From: a virus
Lineage: Duplodnaviria > Caudoviricetes
Length of the DNA stretch: 64,000 bases
Virus record (IMG/VR): IMGVR_UViG_3300033069_001185
Coordinates: 32,001-96,000 of that record
Reading direction: 5' to 3' (one strand)
Position numbers and translations under genes: made by a program. How positions within the stretch are numbered: the first letter of the stretch is position 1; each line of letters starts with the position of its first letter. The notes beneath the pieces were generated by a model. The model searched no databases, was not told where the DNA came from, and saw only the letters and a program-made list of their open reading frames with translations. Positions 20,223 through 29,397 of the stretch are shown here, piece by piece.

Positions 20223-20602
20223 TTTTTCTCCAGAAGCTCTTGATAGTCATCCATATTCAACGTCAATCCTGAACGCCAGATAGGAGGAGTTAGTGATGGA
20301 ACGTCAGGGGCATCTGTGTCCAGTCTCCAGCCCATATTACCTAATACTCGTATGGAGCATTCTTTAAAATATGCATCGACGAAAGCGGTTGATTGCCAAG
20401 TGACGCTCGCAAAATGACAACCATGGAAAACGGTGTTCTTTAACACAGCGTTTGGTCGAAAGACCGCTAACTTAAAGTTTTGGTTTTGAAATACCTGATC
20501 GGCCAGCATAGAGCCTTCAACAATGAGCCTTTGGCCTTTGGTGCTGTCTGTTAGCCACAATACGTGGTTACGCAACATGTAGGGAATGTTATAATTTGAC
20601 AT
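20213..20602 (-). CDS. pentapeptide-repeat-like protein with NxDD tail
   Basis: NHVLWL...KGQR cap, F-x4 repeats, C-terminal LNMDDYQELL. Confidence 0.75.
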   Translation of the reverse strand: MSNYNIPYMLRNHVLWLTDSTKGQRLIVEGSMLADQVFQNQNFKLAVFRPNAVLKNTVFHGCHFASVTWQSTAFVDAYFKECSIRVLGNMGWRLDTDAPDVPSLTPPIWRSGLTLNMDDYQELLEKKWA

Positions 20603-20963
20603 ACAGTGCTAGACCCCAAGTTCCCTGAGAATGTCTTTTCTATCAATGCCTTCTCGCCAGAAATTACTTAAATCCCCAGAATCGTTAGGGGCGTATTCGC
20701 AATCTATAAATTGCGCTGTTGATATATCACAAGAACTGGTAAGGTCGCTACCGCGAAAATCGCAATTCTCGAAACATGCCATGCCAAAGTCTACATTAGC
20801 GAACAAAACCTTACGAAAACTTCGGCTGACAATTCGTTCGTTCGGAAAGGACTCGTCGATAAATTGGGCTCTTTTCCCCAAAGTACCCTTGGACTCAAGC
20901 CACAAATCATGATCGTCCATTCTGGCTGCTATTGTTTTGGCGCTAATGTTATAATTTGACATA
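20585..20963. repeat. 19-bp direct repeat AATGTTATAATTTGACATA at 20585-20603 and 20945-20963 (5' ends of both genes, MSNYNI)
   Basis: Exact match read from the sequence. Confidence 0.9.
20609..20962 (-). CDS. pentapeptide-repeat protein
   Basis: HDLWL...GKRAQF; FANVDFGMACFENCDFRGSDL. Confidence 0.8.
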   Translation of the reverse strand: MSNYNISAKTIAARMDDHDLWLESKGTLGKRAQFIDESFPNERIVSRSFRKVLFANVDFGMACFENCDFRGSDLTSSCDISTAQFIDCEYAPNDSGDLSNFWREGIDRKDILRELGV

Positions 20964-20986
20964 GCTTTAATCTTAAGGATAACTAA

Positions 20987-23900
20987 ATGGCAAGTTCTAG
21001 CACTTTTATAGGCATTGGTTTATCAATACAAACTGTTACTTCTATCAATCGCGGAAGGACGGTTCGTGTACGTTTTACTAATGAACCCAAGCAAATCTCT
21101 ACCTCAGCCTCTGATGATGGCTTGAACGTTGCGAATTACACACTTACCGGTCCCGGTTTTGCTAACATTACCAGTTGTACCACAGTTGGCGGCGATACGC
21201 AAAGCATAGATTTGCACTTGGCAAGCCCCTTGTTCGGTGGCGAATGGCTGCTGACAATAGCCAACATCAAGTCTTCAACCGGAGTTCTCTGCGTTGCGCC
21301 TCTGAGTGGGTTTTTCACTGTTATAGCAAACAGCCAGCTTGCTATCAATAGCGGAGTTGAAGATTCTGAGAAAATCATTCGTAAACACCTGAACCCGGCA
21401 CTTGCTGGAGAGAACTGGACTGCATTGATTGCTGCCCTCTCGGTGGGCGACGAACATAATTTTAACAATGCCAAACTCGCTTTCGATCAGCTCTACAAGA
21501 CCTCAGCCTCTGGTCGGTTTTTGGATAGATTGGCAGCAAACGACGGAATTGCTAGACCGGCCAATGTAGGCCTAACAGACGAGATTTTCAGACAATACGC
21601 CATCAAGCTTAGCAATAAAAAGGTTGTAAATCAATCTGTTTTGGAAATGCTTGAGGTCTTCTATGGGACTGAATCGACCCGAGCGCACGCAACGACCGAT
21701 CTCTACGAGCCGTTTGTGTTGGCCGACGGTGACGATCTTAACATTACTATTGACGGTTTTTTGAAGTACAAAGTCGTATTTAAGTCAAGCGATTTCCTGA
21801 ATATTGCTCAGGCGAGAGCAGTTGAGGTAGCCAGTGCGATTACCAGAACATTTCTTCTGAATGGTTCTAAGGCCTTCGCGGTGCCTTTCACAGACTATCA
21901 AGGACTTACAAAAGTTCGTATCTACTCTCCAAGCCTAGGACTAAAAGGTAGCGTTCAGATCAGAGGCTCTGGTGGCGGTAAAGCTCAGAACTCCTTAGGG
22001 TTTGAAACTCGGCTTGGTGATGTCTATACGGGAACCATTGTCCCGAACCCTAGCGGGTCAAACATTCCGCTAGGCGTGGCTTGTGTGATTCCTCAAGCTT
22101 CCATGCTAGTTCCTTCACGTGCAGCGACTTCTCCTATTGCTGCTAAGTTGGGCGACGGTCGCATTGTGGTGGCTGGTGGCTATAACTTTGGGAATGGTAG
22201 TGCCAATTTTGGACTAGACATCTGGTCTGCGGACGGATTGACCAAAACTATCGGTCCGGATTTTCCTTACACCCAGTTGCCGCTCCATGCTGTTTCTTTG
22301 GGAAATGGCTCCATTCTGTTTGTAACAAACGAAAACAACAACTTCCCGTCACAGGCCAGTACGCTTAGCACTGGACTAACATTCACCACCAGACCAACCG
22401 TCAATCTCTTGTTCAACGAGTGCGCCTCGGTATCTCTACCGAACGGAAACGCTTTGTTTATCGGAGCTATTGACAATGTGGATTACACATCTGTTGTGGA
22501 ATACGACTACAATACCAATACTTGGATCTCCAGAACGCCGATCCCCGGAATTCTAGCCAATCGCCGTATTGCCAATGCGACGGTAATGAAAAACGGGAAT
22601 GTCCTTTTGACTGGCGGACAGTCGACTACCGACTCTTCCTATCCTTCTACGCATTACGTTTACAATCCAACCACTTTTGTCTGGACCACTGTTGCAAACT
22701 CTATGCCGGGTAGAACGTTCCATTCGGTTGGTAACTTCGAAGACGGTCGTGTGTTGATTGTAGGTGGACAGAACCAGTCCGGGTTCTTGAAAGACGTTTG
22801 GGAATACGATCCAAATACTAATTTATTCACCCAAAAAGAAGACTTCCCCTCTGAATACTATGGCCTCGCTGGTCCAGTACATAAACTTGACAACAACTAT
22901 ATGGTTTTGGTTGGTGGATACAGCAGCTCAGTTAGTGGTGGAACTAAATCTGTTTGGACCTACAACCCAAACCAAGACACTTGGGCAGAAACAACCGACG
23001 TTCTAAATGTAGGTAGATACGTCCATCAGTCGATCTACCAAGGTGGTTGTAAATTCTTCGTTGTAGGCGGTGCCAGAGAGTCATATGGTAACGTTTTGTC
23101 GGCAGAATTTATCAATCTAGACGCTGCTGCTCCATATGTTTCTCCAGAAAAAACTTTTTCTTGGGCTGCTGGCGGTACTCTTTCTGCGGCTAGAGCTTTC
23201 CCAAGTTCTATCAAAATGGACTCAGAGTCCAAAATTCTGGTTGTCGGCGGACAAAACGCCAACGATCTAACTTTTAGCTCGGTCAGCAATGCGGTGGATG
23301 TTGTCACTATTAGCAGCGGTGCCTCTAGTGCTGGTGCCAATCTGCCTTGGTCTGCGTCCCGAGTAAGCCTAGCCCAATTGACAGACGGTAACGTATTGGC
23401 TTGGGGTGGACAAACTACCACAGGTACTGTGAATAAGACGGCTATTTATGACGTAGCTGGAAATACTTGGACACAGCTATCGGCAGATGCCCTTGAGCTT
23501 GATTATGAACCCGGCAGTCACGCTTACGTAACAGACGGCGTTTCGGGAAGTCTTGGTATTCAGGGTACAAGTGACTTTACCATTAAGTTCACAATGAAGA
23601 GAGACGCTGCTCCTGATCCAACCACCTTATCGATTCTGAACAAAACCGGTGTTGTTGACGGCTGGAGTATTTTTCTCCAGAACAATGAGATTGTTGCTGT
23701 GATTGGCGATCCCACGAGTCCGGTAGTGGTGGGACCTACTACGGGTGGATTGGTCAATGATGTCAAATTTCATACCATAGAGTTTGGTAGACGGAGTGGC
23801 GATTTCTATATCAAAATCGATGGTATTGTTTGTGCAACACTAACAGACTCTATATCAATTACAGCCTCAACGGAAACTTTGTTTGTAGGACATAGGCCCA

Positions 23901-25420
23901 GTAGTAGACCATTCGAGGAAGACGCTAATCCGTCTACTCTGTTTACAGGGCTAAAAGCATTCTGGAAGTTGGACGGCGATGCAACTGACTATACAGGAAA
24001 CAACGACGCGGTTGCAACAAATTGTACCTTTAGCGCTGGTGTATGTGACGAATCGATAGAACTCACTGGCCTTACCAGTACCGTAGTCGCACCTCCCAAC
24101 GATCTGGACATAATGACAGATTTGACCGTTTCGTGTTGGATTCGTCCTACCGCCCATGCTAGCTATTATACAATCGTAGCCCATATGTTAGGTGGCGGTT
24201 GGCTCGACACCAACTATCATTTGATTATGTTGCCATCTGGGCATATCGCTCTGTTCGGCAGAGCAGACACCGGTGTTGTTGGCGCGGTCGCGAAATTGAA
24301 TACTTGGACCCATGTTGTAGCCACGAGAACTACTTCTGGCTATACGGAAATGTGGCACGACGGAACGAAGGTAAATACCGGAACAGGGCCTGTTCCGAAT
24401 TCAGTACCGACTGCCTCTACCCGAATTGGCTGCCGAGAAGACGCCTATGACTATTTCCGTGGAAAGATCGACGAAGTAGGTATTTGGAATCGCGTACTGA
24501 CCGATGACGAAATCGAAACGCTTTATGGCGTCGCTCAATTTAGCGCTTTTGGTGGTCAATTCAAGAATATAACAATACAATCAGATACGGCTCTTGAAGC
24601 AAAATGGTCTTTGAATCTCACCACGACCGACTCAAGCGGCAACTCAAGGGACCTGAACAAGACCGGTTCATCTTCATATCAATCCGACGATATCCTTCCG
24701 CAGGATATTTCAGACAATAGTATCCATGTAACCTCAGACGGCAGAATCTTCTCAGTAGGCGGGAAAACCAGTGCCGGAACCGCAATCAGAACTGTCTTTG
24801 AGTTCAACGAGACTGATTCAATCTGGGAAGTGCGAAATGCCCTGAATGTAGCCAGAGCTGGCCATACCTTTGCGACTCTCCCTTTCCGTGGAAACATTTC
24901 CTTAACGATGGGAGAAGCGTTTGTCGTAATGGGTGGATTTAACAACAGCACTCCAGTTACATCGATCGAGCATTACAATCTAGCTCAAGATTCTTGGACA
25001 ACACAACCGGTTGGCATCGGTGCTGCCAATATGTGGCGACTCCAGAGTGCCATAAGTTCTGACTCTATTATTTGGTGCGGAAACGGCAAGACCGACTTGG
25101 TAGACAGCGCATATCAAAATCTGAAATATTACGTTGCTTATGGAAATGTCTTCCCTACAGGTACGACAATATCTCATGTAGCAAAAAATGGTAAAATGCT
25201 CAACATTGACAATGGAGGCATTCTATCAATGTCGGACTCTTCTTCAAGTCTAATCTTAGATCCAGTTACCAGACAAACCTTTGCGACTACTTTCCCCTCT
25301 GGAGCAAGTTCTCCAGCCCTCGCAAGCTTTGCCATGGAATACGGTGCCAGTAAAGTCCTTTTGATTGGTGGACTCAAGAATGACGGTACACCGTTGAATA
25401 CGATTTGGATCGGGAGCTAA
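20987..25420 (+). CDS. baseplate-associated protein with Ig-like, Kelch propeller and LamG domains
   Basis: SASGRFLDRLA...GLTDEIFR (wedge-like); many Kelch blades (DGRVLIVGG...EYDP..N.W); LamG (WKLDG...GKIDEVGIWNRVL). Confidence 0.8.
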   Translation: MASSSTFIGIGLSIQTVTSINRGRTVRVRFTNEPKQISTSASDDGLNVANYTLTGPGFANITSCTTVGGDTQSIDLHLASPLFGGEWLLTIANIKSSTGVLCVAPLSGFFTVIANSQLAINSGVEDSEKIIRKHLNPALAGENWTALIAALSVGDEHNFNNAKLAFDQLYKTSASGRFLDRLAANDGIARPANVGLTDEIFRQYAIKLSNKKVVNQSVLEMLEVFYGTESTRAHATTDLYEPFVLADGDDLNITIDGFLKYKVVFKSSDFLNIAQARAVEVASAITRTFLLNGSKAFAVPFTDYQGLTKVRIYSPSLGLKGSVQIRGSGGGKAQNSLGFETRLGDVYTGTIVPNPSGSNIPLGVACVIPQASMLVPSRAATSPIAAKLGDGRIVVAGGYNFGNGSANFGLDIWSADGLTKTIGPDFPYTQLPLHAVSLGNGSILFVTNENNNFPSQASTLSTGLTFTTRPTVNLLFNECASVSLPNGNALFIGAIDNVDYTSVVEYDYNTNTWISRTPIPGILANRRIANATVMKNGNVLLTGGQSTTDSSYPSTHYVYNPTTFVWTTVANSMPGRTFHSVGNFEDGRVLIVGGQNQSGFLKDVWEYDPNTNLFTQKEDFPSEYYGLAGPVHKLDNNYMVLVGGYSSSVSGGTKSVWTYNPNQDTWAETTDVLNVGRYVHQSIYQGGCKFFVVGGARESYGNVLSAEFINLDAAAPYVSPEKTFSWAAGGTLSAARAFPSSIKMDSESKILVVGGQNANDLTFSSVSNAVDVVTISSGASSAGANLPWSASRVSLAQLTDGNVLAWGGQTTTGTVNKTAIYDVAGNTWTQLSADALELDYEPGSHAYVTDGVSGSLGIQGTSDFTIKFTMKRDAAPDPTTLSILNKTGVVDGWSIFLQNNEIVAVIGDPTSPVVVGPTTGGLVNDVKFHTIEFGRRSGDFYIKIDGIVCATLTDSISITASTETLFVGHRPSSRPFEEDANPSTLFTGLKAFWKLDGDATDYTGNNDAVATNCTFSAGVCDESIELTGLTSTVVAPPNDLDIMTDLTVSCWIRPTAHASYYTIVAHMLGGGWLDTNYHLIMLPSGHIALFGRADTGVVGAVAKLNTWTHVVATRTTSGYTEMWHDGTKVNTGTGPVPNSVPTASTRIGCREDAYDYFRGKIDEVGIWNRVLTDDEIETLYGVAQFSAFGGQFKNITIQSDTALEAKWSLNLTTTDSSGNSRDLNKTGSSSYQSDDILPQDISDNSIHVTSDGRIFSVGGKTSAGTAIRTVFEFNETDSIWEVRNALNVARAGHTFATLPFRGNISLTMGEAFVVMGGFNNSTPVTSIEHYNLAQDSWTTQPVGIGAANMWRLQSAISSDSIIWCGNGKTDLVDSAYQNLKYYVAYGNVFPTGTTISHVAKNGKMLNIDNGGILSMSDSSSSLILDPVTRQTFATTFPSGASSPALASFAMEYGASKVLLIGGLKNDGTPLNTIWIGS

Positions 25421-25423
25421 AAG

Positions 25424-28400
25424 ATGTCTGTCACTTGGGCAGTTACAAAACCTAGCCAAGACGTTATCCGGATGGAAGCTACCGGAGCAATTCCGCTCGA
25501 CCTGAATGAAGTTTGGATTGGCGACTATATCAATATCTACGGAACCGGATTCTCAGTAGAGAACAGGGGTTCTTTCGAAATAACCAACGTAGAAGTTTTC
25601 TATGTGACGGGAACATTATATCAAGCTTTGGAATTTGTCAATCCTACCGGTATTGCTGAATCCGCAGTGCAAAACTACAATTCCGATTTACAGTTTTTCC
25701 GTCCCAGTATCAATAACATTCAAGTGCCAAGCGGTAGAACCGTTGTAGTGTCTTCTACCATCAACAACAAGCTAAAAGTTGTAATTCCAGCCACAACAGC
25801 TATAGTAAATAGAGAGCTTTTCACCGCTGCGTATTTACACGACAACGAAAAGCTATCAATCCGATCTCTCGTCAGGAACAAAAATGGGCAAGTTACGGTT
25901 TATTACAACGAAAGTCCTGAATTTCCTCTTGCAGTTGGGAATCAGATTTATCTAGAGCAGATAGATCCTGCCTATCTTGATACGTTCACAGTTCCCTCTA
26001 CTGGTGCTTATACTGCGGCTTCATTGGCCGATAACATTACCGTCACCACTGCTTGCACCAATACTCAGGGCTATGTCAACGGCTCTCTTGTCGCGCTTGA
26101 AAATAATGAAGCCGCTTTGTTTGGTGGCTGGGGTCTGGTTGCTAGCACTCCTACTATCAATGTTGCAGGAGACCGATTTTCCATCACTGCCAGTTCTGTC
26201 GTTCCTTCTGGTACGATTGCTGCCGGGGCCGATATCTACACTTATGGTTGGACTCTGACGCAGACTGCCGGGAAAGAAAATTCCAAGGCTGTTTTGCTAA
26301 CGTCTGGAACCAAGATTGGCCAGATTCTTGTTAGTGGCGGCAATACCATCACTGAGGGCAATTACAATACCGGCTTGACGGTTTCTTCTCCCGGTACACA
26401 GATTCTTAATCCAACTACCGGTGTCGTCAGTTACTTTGACGCGATTGCTCCGACTGCCGGACATGCACAAGTACAAATCGTCGACGGACGTGTATTGATA
26501 ATCGGCGGCGTTACTACTCCATCGACGATCGATTATACCATTCAAAATAGAGCTTCCACTGCTATTTACATTTCAAATGCCAACGATAACGAGTTCGCAG
26601 CTACGGTAGGCGTTCCAGATTACAACCTGATCCAAGGTCGTGTCAATCCTTCTGTTGCAACGGTGCAGAATGGATTTGGAGTCCTGATCACTGGCGGGCA
26701 GGCCCTTGCCATTCCCTCACCAGCCGATAGCCTGACACTAGCAAAGTGGGGCTTTGACGAAGACTCAGGCTCAAATGCTGCTGACGCTCTTGGCGTTTAC
26801 AATCTTATTGGCTCAGGTACGACGGCGGCTGTGCTTGGAGCCAAAGTCATCAACGGCAGAGAGTTCACACAGGCCGCTGCCCATATGGCAGACAACGCCA
26901 GTGCTGGGGCCAGAGGCGACGCTGTTACTGCGCTAAACGGTGAGTGGACCGTAGAGTTCTGGTCTGCTGGAGCTTCTGGCACTTATCCCGGAAATATGAC
27001 TCTATCTGGAACGGGTACTGGGACCGTAGTCTCGTTTGGTACTCCGGCAAGCGAAATACAGGCCGACAACTGCTTGATGAGTATTTCTTTATCAGCGAAT
27101 ACCCTGACTTGGCGTTGGGAGAGAGGGGCCGGTACTGAAGTTACCGGCACTACGGCAAGCTTTGCCTCGTTACTGCTAGCAAACCGCTTCAATCACTTTG
27201 CTGTCCGAAAGACAAGTATCGGTGGAGGCAATTACAAGGTTGATGTTTTTGTCAACGGTAAGTATTTCGAGAACTTCCCAACCGTATTGAATTCTGACGG
27301 TGGCGTAAATACCAGCCGATTCTATGTTGCAAGAGATCCGGAAGGAACTACTGGTTTTAGCGGGGTTCTGGACGACATTCGTATATCAAAAGCTTCTCGC
27401 TCAGACATTGACATCCTCTTGACATACTTCAATTCTTGTGGTTCATTCCTTAGAACTCCAAGTGACTCTGACAGTACAAAAGCGTTTATTGGAAGACTGC
27501 TGAATAGTTGTGAATACTGGGATGGCTCGACGGTTGCTTCTGTAGCTCCGATGTCTTTGGCCAGAGTGTTCCATCACGCACTAACATTACCTGACGGTCG
27601 TGTTCTCGTAACTGGCGGGTTGGCTTACGATCCGACCAACTTTACCAAAGACATTAGAGACGTAAATTCAAGCGACGATTGGCACTCTCCTTCAGAGTCT
27701 ACTAACTTCGCAGAAGTCTACGACCCAGACTTGAATAAATGGTATCCGATTGCTCCCGCTGCTATTCGTAGGCACTCTCACCAAGCAATTTACATTCCAG
27801 AAAGAGACGCAGTTCTGGTTGTAGGTGGTGTATCAAAGCAAATCGACGGTCCGTCAGATAATGTTGGCGTTATTGAAATGCTTGACCTGAAAACCATGCA
27901 GTGGTCAAGCCTCGGGAAAACGTTACCGGCAGGATCATCAAATGCCGTTCGTCTGTCTAATGGGTTGGTTTTGATTGTTACCTCAGATCCTGACGGGATT
28001 GGTGGAACAAAGCGCACCCAGATGGTCCTTAATTTCCAATCAAAAGCCGTTTCTGGCGGTGGGCTCAATGGGTTTCATCAAATCACAGAAATTGGCTCTG
28101 GCTATTTCAAGTTCGAAACACCAGACTATCTACAAAGCACGTCGATATTCGGTAAACAGGACGATTCCAGCGCCAACACCATAACAAACGGCATCAGAAC
28201 TTCGAATATAACTACCATAACCTTAGGAATGCACAGTTTATCGATAGGAGATGTCGTCTGGGTTAATTTTAACGGTACTGGATTATTCTCTTCTGGTCTA
28301 AAAACCATCACAGCCGTTGGCACAACCACAATCAGTTATGCAGAGGTAGCGGCAAACCAAGCGTCAGTCTCTGTTGCTGGCGAAGTGTTTGTAAATTTTG

Positions 28401-28957
28401 CCAAAGAATCGAACGCTATCCCAACTAGAGCCGGAGGTACAGAAGTTGTCGGACCTTACGTATTCGATCAGGACTGTGGGTATTCGGTTACATCTATCAA
28501 AACAACCGTTGCCGATCCTGTAGAGAGCAATGGCCAATATTCAATTCTAGAACTGACCTCAAACGTAGGTTTTCCGGATCAAGAGGGCTGGGTAGTCATA
28601 GGCTTCGGCACTCAGTATCAAACCAAGCCTATCAAATATTTTGGCCTGTATGGTTCTATCGGAATTTTATTGGACTTTCAACACAAATTTACCGAAGACA
28701 TTCCACAGGGGACCGAAATCGTGCTGGTCACGAGAGAGTCACTGAACCCTGAGCTTGCCGGAGGGCTTTACGCCACGGCTTCTGATGCTGGTGTTGTAGC
28801 AGCAAAGAAAACTATCGAAACGATTGTGGCTGCCGGTGTCGATCTCGACTTTGACATAACCTATCCGGGAGATCGCGGGCTAGGTGCCGAAGGTTTTCCG
28901 TCAGAGGGCGAAGGCAAAACCAGCGATCAGCCTTATGTTTTCGGGGTAGATGAATAA
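25424..28957 (+). CDS. baseplate-associated protein with Kelch and LamG domains
   Basis: Kelch blades (LPDGRVLVTGG, AEVYDP..NKW); LamG (KWGFDE...GVLDDIRIS); C-terminal IETIVAAGV wedge-like motif. Confidence 0.78.
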   Translation: MSVTWAVTKPSQDVIRMEATGAIPLDLNEVWIGDYINIYGTGFSVENRGSFEITNVEVFYVTGTLYQALEFVNPTGIAESAVQNYNSDLQFFRPSINNIQVPSGRTVVVSSTINNKLKVVIPATTAIVNRELFTAAYLHDNEKLSIRSLVRNKNGQVTVYYNESPEFPLAVGNQIYLEQIDPAYLDTFTVPSTGAYTAASLADNITVTTACTNTQGYVNGSLVALENNEAALFGGWGLVASTPTINVAGDRFSITASSVVPSGTIAAGADIYTYGWTLTQTAGKENSKAVLLTSGTKIGQILVSGGNTITEGNYNTGLTVSSPGTQILNPTTGVVSYFDAIAPTAGHAQVQIVDGRVLIIGGVTTPSTIDYTIQNRASTAIYISNANDNEFAATVGVPDYNLIQGRVNPSVATVQNGFGVLITGGQALAIPSPADSLTLAKWGFDEDSGSNAADALGVYNLIGSGTTAAVLGAKVINGREFTQAAAHMADNASAGARGDAVTALNGEWTVEFWSAGASGTYPGNMTLSGTGTGTVVSFGTPASEIQADNCLMSISLSANTLTWRWERGAGTEVTGTTASFASLLLANRFNHFAVRKTSIGGGNYKVDVFVNGKYFENFPTVLNSDGGVNTSRFYVARDPEGTTGFSGVLDDIRISKASRSDIDILLTYFNSCGSFLRTPSDSDSTKAFIGRLLNSCEYWDGSTVASVAPMSLARVFHHALTLPDGRVLVTGGLAYDPTNFTKDIRDVNSSDDWHSPSESTNFAEVYDPDLNKWYPIAPAAIRRHSHQAIYIPERDAVLVVGGVSKQIDGPSDNVGVIEMLDLKTMQWSSLGKTLPAGSSNAVRLSNGLVLIVTSDPDGIGGTKRTQMVLNFQSKAVSGGGLNGFHQITEIGSGYFKFETPDYLQSTSIFGKQDDSSANTITNGIRTSNITTITLGMHSLSIGDVVWVNFNGTGLFSSGLKTITAVGTTTISYAEVAANQASVSVAGEVFVNFAKESNAIPTRAGGTEVVGPYVFDQDCGYSVTSIKTTVADPVESNGQYSILELTSNVGFPDQEGWVVIGFGTQYQTKPIKYFGLYGSIGILLDFQHKFTEDIPQGTEIVLVTRESLNPELAGGLYATASDAGVVAAKKTIETIVAAGVDLDFDITYPGDRGLGAEGFPSEGEGKTSDQPYVFGVDE

Positions 28958-29367
28958 TGCGAGCACGAACTTTAACAGCCGCCCATGCAGTTTGCTACAT
29001 TAACGGGCAAGTCTATGCGTTTGTCAATGGATTCAACTGGGATTCTCAAACCCCAGCTAGGCCTATTTACGGCCTAGACAGTGCCGACCCTTACGAACTT
29101 GCTCCTACCACCACCAAAGTGTCTGGAACTATTGGTGTTTTTAGGACCGTTGCCGACAAAGGCGCACAGGGCGCCGGTATGGTTCCGTATTTCGAGCAAG
29201 TACCGAACGGTAAGTATTTCTCTATATCAATAGTAGATAGATCTACGGATATGTTATTATTCCAATCTGATACAGCAATTTTGCAATCGGAGTCTTGGTC
29301 TATTCCAAGTAAAGGTTTGATAACTGGGCAGCTCAGATTTGAAGCCATAACGTGGACTAACCAGTAA
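28957..29367 (+). CDS. tail tube-fold protein (tube or tube-initiator paralog)
   Basis: 136 aa; PIYGLDSADPYELAP..KVSGTI and FEA C-terminus, a myophage tube-like pattern. Confidence 0.55.
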   Translation: MRARTLTAAHAVCYINGQVYAFVNGFNWDSQTPARPIYGLDSADPYELAPTTTKVSGTIGVFRTVADKGAQGAGMVPYFEQVPNGKYFSISIVDRSTDMLLFQSDTAILQSESWSIPSKGLITGQLRFEAITWTNQ

Positions 29368-29397
29368 TCTTTATATCATAACCCCCAAAGGATTCCT

